Translations under genes and position numbers: made by a program
In this document: positions 37,208-47,837 of the stretch, one piece after another
Layout of the letters: each line of letters opens with the position of its first letter
How positions within the stretch are numbered: position 1 is the stretch's first letter
The notes under the pieces: model-generated
The model's input: only the letters and a program-made list of their open reading frames with translations
What the model was told of the DNA's origin: nothing
Databases searched by the model: none
Source: Flavobacteriaceae bacterium
GTDB taxonomy: Bacteria; Bacteroidota; Bacteroidia; Flavobacteriales; Flavobacteriaceae
DNA length: 64,000 bases
Reading direction: 5' to 3'
Assembly (NCBI GenBank): GCA_029252265.1
Contig: JAQXBT010000001.1
Span: forward strand, 3,286 to 67,285

Positions 37208-39502
37208 ATGAAAAAAATAAATTTAATAGTAGTAGCGTTTTGCGTTTTAGGATTTATTTCCTGCAAAAATTCTAATACAAACGTTATAGAAAACAATTCA
37301 GTATCAGTAACATCTGTTTTAGATATTGAACAAAAAGTTGCGGCTCTGTTGAAGCAAATGACTCTTGAGGAAAAGATAGGTCAGATGAATCAATACAACG
37401 GATTTTGGGACCTTACCGGCCCAGCACCAAGTACAGGTGCTGCTGCAAAAAAACATGAACACCTCCGCAAAGGCTATGTAGGGTCGATGCTCAATGTAAG
37501 AGGTGTCGACAATGTTCGAAAAGTTCAAAAGATCTCCGTCGAAGAAACACGCTTAGGCATCCCCCTAATTATAGGGTTTGATGTCATTCATGGCTATGAA
37601 ACGATCAGTCCAATTCCTTTAGCAGAATCAGCGAGTTGGGATTTAAAAGCTATAAAAAAATCAGCACAAGTCGCAGCAGAAGAAGCGGCGGCGGCTGGAA
37701 TCAATTGGACCTTTGCTCCCATGGTCGACATTTCTCGTGATGCTCGATGGGGGCGTGTCATGGAAGGTGCTGGCGAAGATCCTTATTTGGGATCTAAAAT
37801 TGCATTTGCAAGAGTTCAAGGTTTTCAAGGGTCTGATTTATCTCAACATACGACCATTGCTGCATGTGCCAAGCATTTTGTAGGCTATGGATTTGCCGAG
37901 TCAGGAAGAGAATACAACACAGTTGATGTAGGAACCTCAACCTTAAACAATATTATATTCCCACCATTCCAAGCCACTATTTATGCTGGTGTAAGAACTT
38001 TCATGAATTCGTTTAATGAATTGAATGGCATTCCTGCAACTGGAAATGAATACTTACAAAGAGATCTTCTTAAAGATCAATGGGGATTTGATGGATTTAT
38101 AGTCACCGATTGGGGCTCTATTGAAGAAATGATCTCTCATGGACATGCGAAAGACGGTAAACATGCCGCAGAAATCGCAGCCAATGCAGGCTCAGACATG
38201 GATATGGAATCGTATCTGTATGTGACCGAATTGGCTAATTTAGTTCGTGAAGGGAAGGTTAAAGAAGCGTATATTGATGCTGCAGCAAGACGTATCTTGC
38301 GTGTTAAATTTGAATTAGGTCTTTTTGAGGACCCTTACAAATATTGTAATTTGCAACGCGAAAAAGAAGTGATAGGACAGCAAGCTTTTCACGATGCGGC
38401 TTTAGACATGGCAAAAAAGTCAATTGTACTTTTAAAAAATGATAATCAATTATTACCACTTAAAAAACAAGGCCAAAAAATCGCATTAATTGGAGCTCTA
38501 GCGTCCGACAAAACAAGCCCTTTAGGCAATTGGAGGATTGCTGCGAAAGACAGCACAGCAGTCTCTGTTTTAGAGGGAATGCAAGCCTATAAAGACAATC
38601 AATTAACTTATGCCAAAGGAGCCGATGTAAGTTTGGGAAAAACTAAATTTACTGCTGAACTAAACATAAACTCGTCCGATAGAAGTGAGTTTCCACAAGC
38701 CATTGCTGTGGCCAAAACCGCTGATGTGGTCGTGATGGTATTGGGTGAAGTTGGATATCAAAGTGGAGAGGCTAGAAGCCGTACAGAATTAGGATTACCA
38801 GGCGTTCAGCAAGAACTTCTTGAAGCTATTTACAAGGTTAACAAAAACATTGTTTTAGTCTTAAACAACGGAAGACCACTCGTATTAAACTGGCATCAGG
38901 AACACCTCCCCGCCATTGTAGAAGCGTGGCAGCTAGGGACTCAAAGTGGAAATGCCATTGCGCAAGTTCTTTATGGTGATTATAATCCAAGTGGAAAATT
39001 GCCAATGAGTTTTCCAAGAGCCGTTGGTCAATTGCCGATTTATTATAATTACAAAAATACTGGTCGTCCTTCGATTCCAGCATCAAACACTGTATTTTGG
39101 TCCCATTTTCAAGACGTGCAAAACACCCCTTTATATCCGTTTGGATTTGGTCTAAGCTATACAACATTTGAATACAGTGCGCTTAAAGCAAAAGTGGTTT
39201 CCAATCATGAAATTGAAGTTTCGGTGACTCTCAAAAACTCAGGTAAAATTCCAGGTAAAGAAGTGGTACAACTCTATATTAAAGACCATTATGCAAGTGT
39301 GACGCGTCCAGTCAGAGAACTAAAAGGTTTTGAGTTAGTCCGTCTTGAACCGAATCAAAGTCAAAAAATAGCATTCACACTTACGGAAAAAGAACTCGGG
39401 TTCTATGACAATGAAGGTAATTTCATAGTTGAACCAGGCGAATTCTCAATATATATTGGCAGCGATTCTAACGCAAACCTTCACACTAAAATTACGTTAT
39501 AA
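37208..39502 (+). CDS. bglX: GH3 beta-glucosidase BglX
   Basis: 764 aa; MTLEEKIGQ, RLGIP, DARWGRVMEG.GEDP, KHFVGYG, VTDW (nucleophile), PSGKLP, YPFGFGLSYT, Fn3-like tail. Confidence 0.95.
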   Translation: MKKINLIVVAFCVLGFISCKNSNTNVIENNSVSVTSVLDIEQKVAALLKQMTLEEKIGQMNQYNGFWDLTGPAPSTGAAAKKHEHLRKGYVGSMLNVRGVDNVRKVQKISVEETRLGIPLIIGFDVIHGYETISPIPLAESASWDLKAIKKSAQVAAEEAAAAGINWTFAPMVDISRDARWGRVMEGAGEDPYLGSKIAFARVQGFQGSDLSQHTTIAACAKHFVGYGFAESGREYNTVDVGTSTLNNIIFPPFQATIYAGVRTFMNSFNELNGIPATGNEYLQRDLLKDQWGFDGFIVTDWGSIEEMISHGHAKDGKHAAEIAANAGSDMDMESYLYVTELANLVREGKVKEAYIDAAARRILRVKFELGLFEDPYKYCNLQREKEVIGQQAFHDAALDMAKKSIVLLKNDNQLLPLKKQGQKIALIGALASDKTSPLGNWRIAAKDSTAVSVLEGMQAYKDNQLTYAKGADVSLGKTKFTAELNINSSDRSEFPQAIAVAKTADVVVMVLGEVGYQSGEARSRTELGLPGVQQELLEAIYKVNKNIVLVLNNGRPLVLNWHQEHLPAIVEAWQLGTQSGNAIAQVLYGDYNPSGKLPMSFPRAVGQLPIYYNYKNTGRPSIPASNTVFWSHFQDVQNTPLYPFGFGLSYTTFEYSALKAKVVSNHEIEVSVTLKNSGKIPGKEVVQLYIKDHYASVTRPVRELKGFELVRLEPNQSQKIAFTLTEKELGFYDNEGNFIVEPGEFSIYIGSDSNANLHTKITL

Positions 39503-40267
39503 ATGATGATTAGAATTTTAATACTATTGTTTTTAATCCCAATTGTGGAGATTAACGACTTCTCTAAACCGAGACTTTTGTTATCAGAAGATTTTAACAC
39601 ACAGTCTTTGGATTTAGAAACTTGGAATTATGAGCTTGGAGATGGGTGCCCTATCATCTGTGGCTGGGGAAATAACGAGCGTCAAGTTTATACTAAAAAA
39701 AACATTTCAATTCGAGACCAACAACTGGTCATAACCGCCACCAAAGAGGTAAACAACTATTACTCAGGACGCATAAGTACAAAAGATAAATTCGAATTTA
39801 AATACGGCACCATTGAAGTTAAGGCGCAACTTCCACGTGGCAACGGATTATGGCCAGCCATTTGGATGTTAGGTCATGATATCGATTCAAACACATGGCC
39901 GGCTTGTGGAGAAATTGACATTATGGAGTATGTTGGAAAACAACCTGGAGAAATTCACACCACACTCCACACCCCAGACAGTTATGGTAAATCGATAAAC
40001 ACCAAAGTGACCTCTATTGAAAGTATTGAAGCGGGTTTCCATATCTATAAAACCAAATGGGACGCCAATCAAATTGAGTTTTATATTGACGACGCTTTAG
40101 TTTACACCTTCTCACCAGAAGTTAAAAATGATAAAACCTGGCCTTTTGATAAGCCATTTTATTTGATCCTAAATCTTGCTATTGGTGGTAGTTTTGGAGG
40201 GCCTGAGGTGGATGACTCCATCTTCCCAAAAGAATTTATAATTGACTACGTTAAAGTTTACCAGTAA
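39503..40267 (+). CDS. GH16 (GH16_3-like) laminarinase, single domain
   Basis: 254 aa; CGWGNNE, WPAIWMLG, WPACGEIDIMEYVG, IDYVKVYQ. Confidence 0.93.
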   Translation: MMIRILILLFLIPIVEINDFSKPRLLLSEDFNTQSLDLETWNYELGDGCPIICGWGNNERQVYTKKNISIRDQQLVITATKEVNNYYSGRISTKDKFEFKYGTIEVKAQLPRGNGLWPAIWMLGHDIDSNTWPACGEIDIMEYVGKQPGEIHTTLHTPDSYGKSINTKVTSIESIEAGFHIYKTKWDANQIEFYIDDALVYTFSPEVKNDKTWPFDKPFYLILNLAIGGSFGGPEVDDSIFPKEFIIDYVKVYQ

Positions 40268-40268
40268 A

Positions 40269-41513
40269 TTACGCCTTAAATATCGTTTTGATTTTGGCCA
40301 TGACGAGCTCAGTAGCCCCTTTGTTTGCTTCTATATAATCCTTATTTTTTTGCCCTATATCTTTTCTTTGTGGTGGATTATGAACCAACTCATTCAAGAC
40401 GGAATCTAGCGCATCATTCGTTGCGACACTAAACAAACCACCTTGGGAGCGCATCGCGATCGCTTCGGGGAACTTTTTATAGTTTTTACCTATGACAATC
40501 GGAATGCCAAATGTAGCCGCTTCAAGCGTATTGTGAAGTCCACTACTGCCCATGCCGCCACCGATGTATGCAATATCTGCATACTTATAGATTTTTGAGA
40601 GGAGGCCAATAGTGTCAATGATAAACACAGACTTGTTTTCTAGCACTTCGTTTGAATAATTAGAGTAGAGCACACTCGGTTTTTGTAACTGTTTTGCCAT
40701 CGATTTAATCTGATTAACATCGATATTATGAGGCGCAATTATAAACTTTGTATCTTCTTTACAATGATTGATATAATTAATCAGTAACGAATCATCTTCG
40801 GGCCATGTGCTTCCAGCCACAATACAAGTTTGATTGTTTTTAAATTCAGCAATAAATTCTAAGGTGTTATCTGTTTTTAGTTGATTGCCAACACGATCAA
40901 AACGCGTATCTCCAGAAACGGTGACGGCATGATAACCGATCGAATTTAACAATGTTTCTGAAGCAGTATCCTGTGTAAAGATATGGTCAAACGAAAACAA
41001 CAACTGCTTCATCCAGCTACCATAAAATTTAAAGTAGGGCTGAGACGGTCTAAACAAAGCCGAAATCAATACGGCGGTTATATTTCTTCGTTTCAATTCC
41101 AATAAATAATTGGGCCAAAGATCATATTTTACAAACACCACTAACTCTGGGTGTGTGAGGTCTAAAAAAGACCTTACACTCGATTTTTGGTCTAGTGGAA
41201 GGTAGATAACAACATCTGAAATAGGATTGTTTTTTCGGATCTCATAGCCCGAAGGTGAGAAGAAAGTCATTACAAATTTGTGGTCTTTATAGTGTTTTTT
41301 AAGCGCTTGAAAGACGGGCAGACCTTGTTCATATTCGCCTAAAGAAGCGCAATGTAACCAGATTACTTTATCTGATTCAAGAACCGCTTGTTTTAAAATC
41401 TTAAGACTTTCGTTTCGGCCCAGTTGCCCTTGTAGAATTTTTTTGTTCAAGCCTGAAAAAGGACGCACCAATACAGCTGCGAGTTCAATGATGATGTTAT
41501 AAAAAAGTCTCAA
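40269..41513 (-). CDS. waaA: Kdo transferase (3-deoxy-D-manno-octulosonic acid transferase)
   Basis: 414 aa; IWLHCASLGEYEQ, TFFSPSGYE, YLPLD, GDTRFD, AGSTW, HNTLEAA. Confidence 0.93.
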   Translation of the reverse strand: MRLFYNIIIELAAVLVRPFSGLNKKILQGQLGRNESLKILKQAVLESDKVIWLHCASLGEYEQGLPVFQALKKHYKDHKFVMTFFSPSGYEIRKNNPISDVVIYLPLDQKSSVRSFLDLTHPELVVFVKYDLWPNYLLELKRRNITAVLISALFRPSQPYFKFYGSWMKQLLFSFDHIFTQDTASETLLNSIGYHAVTVSGDTRFDRVGNQLKTDNTLEFIAEFKNNQTCIVAGSTWPEDDSLLINYINHCKEDTKFIIAPHNIDVNQIKSMAKQLQKPSVLYSNYSNEVLENKSVFIIDTIGLLSKIYKYADIAYIGGGMGSSGLHNTLEAATFGIPIVIGKNYKKFPEAIAMRSQGGLFSVATNDALDSVLNELVHNPPQRKDIGQKNKDYIEANKGATELVMAKIKTIFKA

Positions 41514-41629
41514 TAGGATTTATTTGTAGCTAAAATACATTCTTTATATTAATTTTAAGACTAAGCATTGCTAATTTTGTATTTTTGTTTTTATCACTTG
41601 TTATTGTTAGTAATTCGTAATTTTAAGAC

Positions 41630-42784
41630 ATGAAAAATATTCAAATGGTGGACCTAAAAGGTCAATATGCCGCTATAAAAGACCTTGTAAATTCTTCTAT
41701 TCAAGAAGTAATTGATAATGCTTCCTTTATCAATGGTCCAAAAGTGAAAGCGTTTCAAGCAAATCTTGAGGCTTATTTAGGAGTCAAACATGTAATTCCT
41801 TGTGCCAATGGGACAGATGCGTTACAAATTGCTATGATGGGTCTCGGTCTGAAGCCTGGAGATGAAGTCATTACTGCGGATTTTACTTTTGCAGCGACTG
41901 TTGAAGTGATCGCGTTATTAGGGCTCACGCCTGTTTTAGTTGATGTTGACCCCGATAAATTTAACATTGATATTGAAGCGATTAAAAAAGCGATCACACC
42001 AAAAACAAAAGCAATTGTACCTGTGCATTTGTTTGGACAATGTTCCAATATGGATGCTATTATGGCACTCGCAGAAACACACAGTTTATATGTCATTGAA
42101 GATAACGCTCAAGCAATTGGGGCAACTTATACCTCTGAAAATGGATCAAAAGCCAAAGCAGGAACCATCGGTCATGTGGCTTCTACATCTTTCTTCCCTT
42201 CCAAAAACTTAGGTTGTTACGGCGATGGTGGTGCAATTTTCACCAATGATGACAAGCTAGCTCACACCATAAGAGGGATTGTCAATCATGGGATGTATAA
42301 GCGCTATCACCACGATGTAGTGGGTGTTAACTCACGATTAGATTCTATTCAAGCGGCCGTTTTAGACGCAAAACTTCCCAAGCTCGACGCGTATAATAAA
42401 GCACGTCAATCGGCGGCTCGTAAATACAACGCTGCTTTTAAAAATCATGAAAACATTAGCACCCCAAAAGCAGGCAACGGTTGTGAAACTATTTGCGATA
42501 ACTGCGATTGCCATGTATTTCACCAGTACACTTTAAAAATTCAGAACGCTGATAGAGATGCATTAGCGGCCCATTTACAGGAAAAAGGAATTCCCTGCGG
42601 AGTCTATTACCCAATTCCATTACATAAGCAAAAAGCCTATGTGGATGATCGCTATAATGATGCGGATTTTACAGTCACTAATGCTTTGATTGATGAAGTA
42701 ATTTCATTACCAATGCATACCGAGTTAGATGATGATCAAATAGATTTTATAACTTCAACGGTGATTATTTTTTTATCTAAATAA
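41630..42784 (+). CDS. DegT/DnrJ/EryC1/StrS PLP-dependent sugar aminotransferase
   Basis: 384 aa; ANGTDAL, PVHLFGQ, IEDNAQA, SFFPSKNLGCYGDGG, NSRLD. Confidence 0.93.
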   Translation: MKNIQMVDLKGQYAAIKDLVNSSIQEVIDNASFINGPKVKAFQANLEAYLGVKHVIPCANGTDALQIAMMGLGLKPGDEVITADFTFAATVEVIALLGLTPVLVDVDPDKFNIDIEAIKKAITPKTKAIVPVHLFGQCSNMDAIMALAETHSLYVIEDNAQAIGATYTSENGSKAKAGTIGHVASTSFFPSKNLGCYGDGGAIFTNDDKLAHTIRGIVNHGMYKRYHHDVVGVNSRLDSIQAAVLDAKLPKLDAYNKARQSAARKYNAAFKNHENISTPKAGNGCETICDNCDCHVFHQYTLKIQNADRDALAAHLQEKGIPCGVYYPIPLHKQKAYVDDRYNDADFTVTNALIDEVISLPMHTELDDDQIDFITSTVIIFLSK

Positions 42785-42786
42785 GA

Positions 42787-43290
42787 TTAATTAGACACTT
42801 CGCTATTTTTTGTTGGGCGGTTTATGAAAGAGGCGAGTAGTAGTAAAATCATTCCCGTCGTTACTGATAAATCAGCACTGTTGAAAACACCTGTTTTGAG
42901 CATGCCTCCAAAGTCCATATATAGGAAGTCGGTGACAGAACCATACATAAACCGATCATAAATATTGGCAATGCCTCCGCCGGCAACACAACTGAGCCCT
43001 ATGACAGACATGCGGTCAAGAGACTTATTTGTTAGCACATAATACAAAACAACCCCTAAAACAATGACGGGGACGATGAGTAAAAAGATGAGTTTTACAG
43101 TTGGATTTGAATCGCTACCCAAGCTTAAAAAGGCCCCAGTGTTCTCAACATTCATTAGTTGTAATTGTTTTCCTACGAGTTCAGTTCTCGATCCAGGGAC
43201 GACTTTTTCTCGCACCAGAACTTTAGAATATTGGTCCAAGCCAATATTAAAAACAACAAGACTAAAGATTAAGAGTGTTCTAAGGTTCAT
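42787..43290 (-). CDS. lspA: Lipoprotein signal peptidase II
   Basis: Start placed at ATG 43290; LDQYSK, NTGAFLS, GGGIANIYDR, VTDF, VFNSAD. Confidence 0.9.
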   Translation of the reverse strand: MNLRTLLIFSLVVFNIGLDQYSKVLVREKVVPGSRTELVGKQLQLMNVENTGAFLSLGSDSNPTVKLIFLLIVPVIVLGVVLYYVLTNKSLDRMSVIGLSCVAGGGIANIYDRFMYGSVTDFLYMDFGGMLKTGVFNSADLSVTTGMILLLLASFINRPTKNSEVSN

Positions 43291-43294
43291 GTAT

Positions 43295-44182
43295 TTAGTT
43301 TTCAAGTGTTGCTGCTTTTGTGTCCATTCCTCTATTTATTTTTTTAACCAATCCTTGAAGTACATTCCCGGGGCCAACTTCTATAAATTCGTGAGCACCG
43401 TCCTCTATCATTTGCTGAACCGATTGCGTCCATTTTACCGGGGCTGTTAGCTGAGAAATTAAATTAGCTTTGATCTCAGTTTCGTTTAAAACGGCCGTTG
43501 CAGTTACATTTTGGTAAATAGGACAACGAGGTGAGTTAAACATAGTATTTTCAATTGCCGCTGCTAATTGCTCCTTAGCAGGCGCCATCAATGGAGAATG
43601 AAATGCACCGCCAACCGGTAATACAAGCGCTCTTCTCGCTCCTTTTTCTTTGAGTTGCTCACACGCAACATGAATTGCATCTACGGAACCAGAAATTACT
43701 AATTGACCTGGGCAATTATAATTTGCTGCCACTACAACACCGTCAATAGCAGCACACGTTTCCTCTACAATTTCATTTTCTAGACCCAACACAGCAGCCA
43801 TGGTTCCTTTGGTCAAATCACATGCTTTCTGCATGGCTTGCGCACGCTGAGAGACCAGTTTTAGCCCGTCTTCAAAATCAAGTGTGCCATTGGCGACTAA
43901 GGCCGAAAATTCACCAAGAGAATGTCCTGCAACCATATCCGGTCGAAAGGCCTCACCTAAACTCTTTGCTAAAATTACAGAATGTAAAAATATAGCAGGT
44001 TGTGTGACGTTCGTTTCCTTTAAATCTTCAGCAGAGCCTTCGAACATCGTTGCGGTAATGTTGAATCCTAAAATGTCATTGGCTTGTTCAAATAGTGACT
44101 TTGCAAGTGATGACTTTTCATAAAGTGGTTGACCCATCCCTGAAAATTGAGCACCTTGACCTGGAAATATATATGCCTTCAT
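43295..44182 (-). CDS. fabD: Malonyl-CoA:ACP transacylase
   Basis: FPGQGAQ, TQPAI, AGHSLGEFSAL, ANYNCPGQ, GGAFHS. Confidence 0.96.
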   Translation of the reverse strand: MKAYIFPGQGAQFSGMGQPLYEKSSLAKSLFEQANDILGFNITATMFEGSAEDLKETNVTQPAIFLHSVILAKSLGEAFRPDMVAGHSLGEFSALVANGTLDFEDGLKLVSQRAQAMQKACDLTKGTMAAVLGLENEIVEETCAAIDGVVVAANYNCPGQLVISGSVDAIHVACEQLKEKGARRALVLPVGGAFHSPLMAPAKEQLAAAIENTMFNSPRCPIYQNVTATAVLNETEIKANLISQLTAPVKWTQSVQQMIEDGAHEFIEVGPGNVLQGLVKKINRGMDTKAATLEN

Positions 44183-44224
44183 GTGTTTGTGTTTATTGTT
44201 TTTAAGCTGCTAAAATAGGATTAT

Positions 44225-44734
44225 TTATCGTCTTTTATAAGTTATAAATGAAAAGGGATACAAATGGAGTTCGTCCTTTTCGTTATAAATTCGTTCGGTT
44301 TCTTCCCAAATCTCTTCACTTATTAAAGGGAAAAAAGTATCGCCTTCAAAAGTGTGATGGACTCTAGTAAGTTCAAGTGTATCTACACTATTTAAGGCTT
44401 GTTTATAAATTTCGCCTCCACCAATAATGAATGGGTTAGGATCTTGATCGGCCTGTTTAATTGCAGCTTCTAAAGAATTTACGACAATAACCCCTTCAGG
44501 AATTTTATAATCTTGCTGTCTTGTAATCACGATGTGCGTTCTGTTCGGCAATGGCTTGGGGAAACTTTCAAATGTTTTCCGTCCCATGATAATGCAGTGC
44601 CCAGAAGTGAGCGCTTTAAATCGTTTAAGATCTGCTTTTAAACGCCAAATTAAATCATTGTCTTTTCCAATCACATCGTTTTCAGACACGGCGACAATAA
44701 GCGTTAAATTAGATGTGTATTTTTTTGTTTTCAA
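44225..44734 (-). CDS. folA: Dihydrofolate reductase
   Basis: LIVAVSENDVIG, DLKRFK.LT, IMGRKTFES, PLPNR, IIGGGEIY, GDTFFP; TTG start at 44734 preferred because a TACTTTTG element lies at 44753-44760. Confidence 0.93.
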   Translation of the reverse strand: MKTKKYTSNLTLIVAVSENDVIGKDNDLIWRLKADLKRFKALTSGHCIIMGRKTFESFPKPLPNRTHIVITRQQDYKIPEGVIVVNSLEAAIKQADQDPNPFIIGGGEIYKQALNSVDTLELTRVHHTFEGDTFFPLISEEIWEETERIYNEKDELHLYPFSFITYKRR

Positions 44735-44775
44735 TAGTATAAACTTAGGGCACAAAAGTAAGGGTTTCCATTAAA

Positions 44776-45600
44776 TTAAACGGCAACGGCTCCTTTGATG
44801 TGTGGATGCGGATCATAGCCTTCTAGAGTGAAGTCTTCAAAGGTGAACTCGAAAATATCTTTTATTTCAGGATTGAGTTTCATTTTTGGAAGCGTACGAA
44901 GGTCTCTCGAGCGTTGTAACTCCAATTGTTCGATATGGTTGCTGTAAATATGTGCATCTCCAAAGGTGTGTATAAACTCGCCAGCTTCGTACCCACAAAC
45001 TTGCGCCATCATCATTGTAAATAGGGCATAGGACGCAATATTGAATGGGACGCCTAGAAATATATCGGCACTTCGTTGGTAAAGTTGACAGGATAATTTG
45101 CCGTCATTGACATAAAATTGAAAAAAGGCATGACAGGGAGGGAGTGCTGCTTTGTTGTTGGCAACATTTTCACTAAATGATTTTGAGGTGTCAGGAAGCA
45201 CCGAAGGATTCCAAGCAGACACTAACATACGTCGGCTGTTTGGATTGGTTTTTAAAGTTTCAATAACTTCTGTGATTTGATCAATCTCATCACTATTCCA
45301 GTTGCGCCACTGATGCCCATAAACAGGGCCTAGGTCCCCATTTTCATCGGCCCAAGCGTTCCATATTTTGACGCCATTTTCGGTCAGGTAATCAATATTT
45401 GTATCGCCTTTTAAAAACCAAAGAAGTTCATGTATAATCGATTTAAGATGCAGTTTCTTGGTGGTCACCATTGGAAACCCTTCACTTAGGTCAAACCGCA
45501 TTTGATGTCCAAACACACTTTTTGTTCCTGTACCGGTACGGTCTCCTTTTTCATTTCCATTCTCTAGCACATGAGATACAAGGTCTAAGTATTGTTTCAT
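44776..45600 (-). CDS. thyA: Thymidylate synthase
   Basis: Start ATG 45600 (MKQYLDL); [42 protein letters not shown]. Confidence 0.97.
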   Translation of the reverse strand: MKQYLDLVSHVLENGNEKGDRTGTGTKSVFGHQMRFDLSEGFPMVTTKKLHLKSIIHELLWFLKGDTNIDYLTENGVKIWNAWADENGDLGPVYGHQWRNWNSDEIDQITEVIETLKTNPNSRRMLVSAWNPSVLPDTSKSFSENVANNKAALPPCHAFFQFYVNDGKLSCQLYQRSADIFLGVPFNIASYALFTMMMAQVCGYEAGEFIHTFGDAHIYSNHIEQLELQRSRDLRTLPKMKLNPEIKDIFEFTFEDFTLEGYDPHPHIKGAVAV

Positions 45601-45630
45601 TTTAGGTTGATTTATTTGAAGTTTAAAAAT

Positions 45631-45664
45631 AAAAAAAGCTTCAATCATTAAGAAATTGAAGCTT
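45631..45664 (-). terminator. Intrinsic terminator after nupC
   Basis: AAGCTTCAAT-N9-ATTGAAGCTT inverted repeat with a U tract on the minus strand. Confidence 0.7.
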
Positions 45665-45691
45665 GTATTAATTTTAAAAGTTATTAACTAT

Positions 45692-47089
45692 TTAGCCAAT
45701 AATTGTCCCTGCAATAGTCGCAGACAAAAGCGAAGCGATGGTTCCACCAATCAAAGCTTTAATTCCAAATTCAGAAAGTGTTTTTCGTTGGCCAGGCGCT
45801 AAGGACCCAATGCCACCAATTTGAATTCCTATTGATGCAAAATTGGCAAATCCACAAAGCATATAGGTGGCCATGATAATCGATTTTTCGTATTTCAAAT
45901 GTAAGAGGTTTAAAGGATTTTTTAAATCCGCCAATTGAATATAGCCGACAAATTCACTCGCTGCTAACTTTATTCCTAACAATTGTCCCATCAAAGCCAC
46001 ATCTTCTTTAGCAATTCCAATGAGCCACATCAGTGGTGCAAAAGCATATCCCAATATAAACTCTAATGAAAATACTTTATAAGATGTATTTGACGCGACC
46101 CAGTCGTTTAGTGTTGTCATGTCTCCAACCCATCCTAGGATGCCGTTGATCATGGCGATAAATGCCAAAAATACTAATAACATAGCGCCAATGTTTAATG
46201 CTAGCTTTAAGCCTTCGGTAGTTCCATTTGCAATGGATTCTAAAATATTTGAACCAATTTTTTCTTGAGTGATATTAATTTCATTATCAATCGCTTCGAC
46301 TTGCGGATATAGCATTTTAGAAATGACGATCGCACCCGGGGCTGCCATGACGGAAGCCGTTAATAAATGTTTGGCGTAAAACAAGCGCAGTACTTCATCT
46401 TCGCCACCAAGAAACCCAATATAAGCTGCTAAAACCCCACCAGCAACAGTGGCCATTCCACCAATCATGACGAGTAAAATTTCAGAACGATTCATTTTTT
46501 CTAAATACGCCTTGATCATTAAGGGCGATTCTGTTTGTCCTAAAAATATATTTCCTGCCACACTCAAACTTTCGGCTCCAGAAACCTGAAGAAGTTTACT
46601 AAGTAACCAAGCTAATCCTTTTACAACCTGCTGAATAATGCCCAAATAAAATAAGACGGATGTTAAAGCAGAAAAGAAAATAACGGTTGGTAAAATTGAA
46701 ATAGCAAACGTGACGAGTGGTGCTTCAATTTCGCCTGTAGAAAAGGAGGCAAATAGAAACTTTGTTCCCTCCATGGTAAAATCTAAGACCGCAATAAATA
46801 AACCGCCAACCCATTCAAAAAATGTTTGAACAAATGAAACCTTAAGAACCCCTATGGCTAAAATGATTTGTGCACCTAAGCCAAGTCCAACAGTTCTCCA
46901 GTTGATTGCTTTTCTATTGGCACTTAAGATGTAGGAGATTAAAATTAATACAAACATTCCTAGAACGCCTCTTAAAAAACTTTGAGCGGTAAACCCTTGA
47001 CTCGAAACAATTTGAGACACGTTATCTTGTGCTGTTGCTGTTTGTGTATTAAAAAACAACAGTAGCCCTAGTGTGAGTAATTTTTTCAT
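45692..47089 (-). CDS. nupC: NupC/CNT family nucleoside:cation symporter
   Basis: 465 aa; NRKAINWRTV, GNIFLGQTESPL, GGMATVAG, SVMAAP, LCGFANFASIGIQIGG. Confidence 0.9.
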   Translation of the reverse strand: MKKLLTLGLLLFFNTQTATAQDNVSQIVSSQGFTAQSFLRGVLGMFVLILISYILSANRKAINWRTVGLGLGAQIILAIGVLKVSFVQTFFEWVGGLFIAVLDFTMEGTKFLFASFSTGEIEAPLVTFAISILPTVIFFSALTSVLFYLGIIQQVVKGLAWLLSKLLQVSGAESLSVAGNIFLGQTESPLMIKAYLEKMNRSEILLVMIGGMATVAGGVLAAYIGFLGGEDEVLRLFYAKHLLTASVMAAPGAIVISKMLYPQVEAIDNEINITQEKIGSNILESIANGTTEGLKLALNIGAMLLVFLAFIAMINGILGWVGDMTTLNDWVASNTSYKVFSLEFILGYAFAPLMWLIGIAKEDVALMGQLLGIKLAASEFVGYIQLADLKNPLNLLHLKYEKSIIMATYMLCGFANFASIGIQIGGIGSLAPGQRKTLSEFGIKALIGGTIASLLSATIAGTIIG

Positions 47090-47100
47090 AAAAGTTGGTA

Positions 47101-47721
47101 TTAGCGTTTAGAGATTTCGTCTCTAACTTTGGCAGCAGTTTCATAATCCTCGTCTGCAACTGCTTTGGTTAGTAATTCATTTAATTGGTTAATGGACTTA
47201 TTTTGATAATTGTCGTTGGTCGTTTCAACTTCTTCAGATTCTGTATCGATATCGTCAAAAAATAAAACATCCTCAGGATGCGCTTCAGAATCTTCTTTTT
47301 TCGGATCTGTTTTTAAGATAATTCCGGCTTTTTCTAAAATATTCTCATAGGTAAATATAGGTGCAGCAAAACGCAGTGCTAATGCAATGGCGTCGCTAGT
47401 TCTAGCATCGATCACTTCTTCAATTTTGTCGCGTTCGCATATTAGAGAAGCATAGAAAACACCGTCCACAAGTTTGTGAATGATGACTTGCTTTACGATA
47501 ATTTCAAAGCGATCAGAGAAATTTTTAAACAAATCGTGTGTTAATGGTCTTGGAGGCTGGATTTCTTTTTCCAAAGCAATGGCAATGGACTGTGCTTCGA
47601 AAGCTCCAATGACAATTGGCAATTTTCGTTTTCCATCTACTTCACTCAAAATCAGCGCGTAAGCGCCGCTCTGTGTTTGACTGTATGAAATACCCTTTAT
47701 GTTAAGACGAACTAAACTCAT
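47101..47721 (-). CDS. Bifunctional nuclease (DUF151) with C-terminal UVR domain
   Basis: LPIVIGAFEAQSI, PRPLTHDL, DARTSDAIALALR; AVADEDYETAAKVRDEI. Confidence 0.9.
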   Translation of the reverse strand: MSLVRLNIKGISYSQTQSGAYALILSEVDGKRKLPIVIGAFEAQSIAIALEKEIQPPRPLTHDLFKNFSDRFEIIVKQVIIHKLVDGVFYASLICERDKIEEVIDARTSDAIALALRFAAPIFTYENILEKAGIILKTDPKKEDSEAHPEDVLFFDDIDTESEEVETTNDNYQNKSINQLNELLTKAVADEDYETAAKVRDEISKR

Positions 47722-47837
47722 AAGTTATAAGACAAAGAACAGTTTTAATTAGTAAAGTACCAAACCCTTTCCAAATAAGTTTTGGATTAAAATAAACGAA
47801 TGATTATCCCTTCGAATCGAATTGCAAGTTAGAGTAT

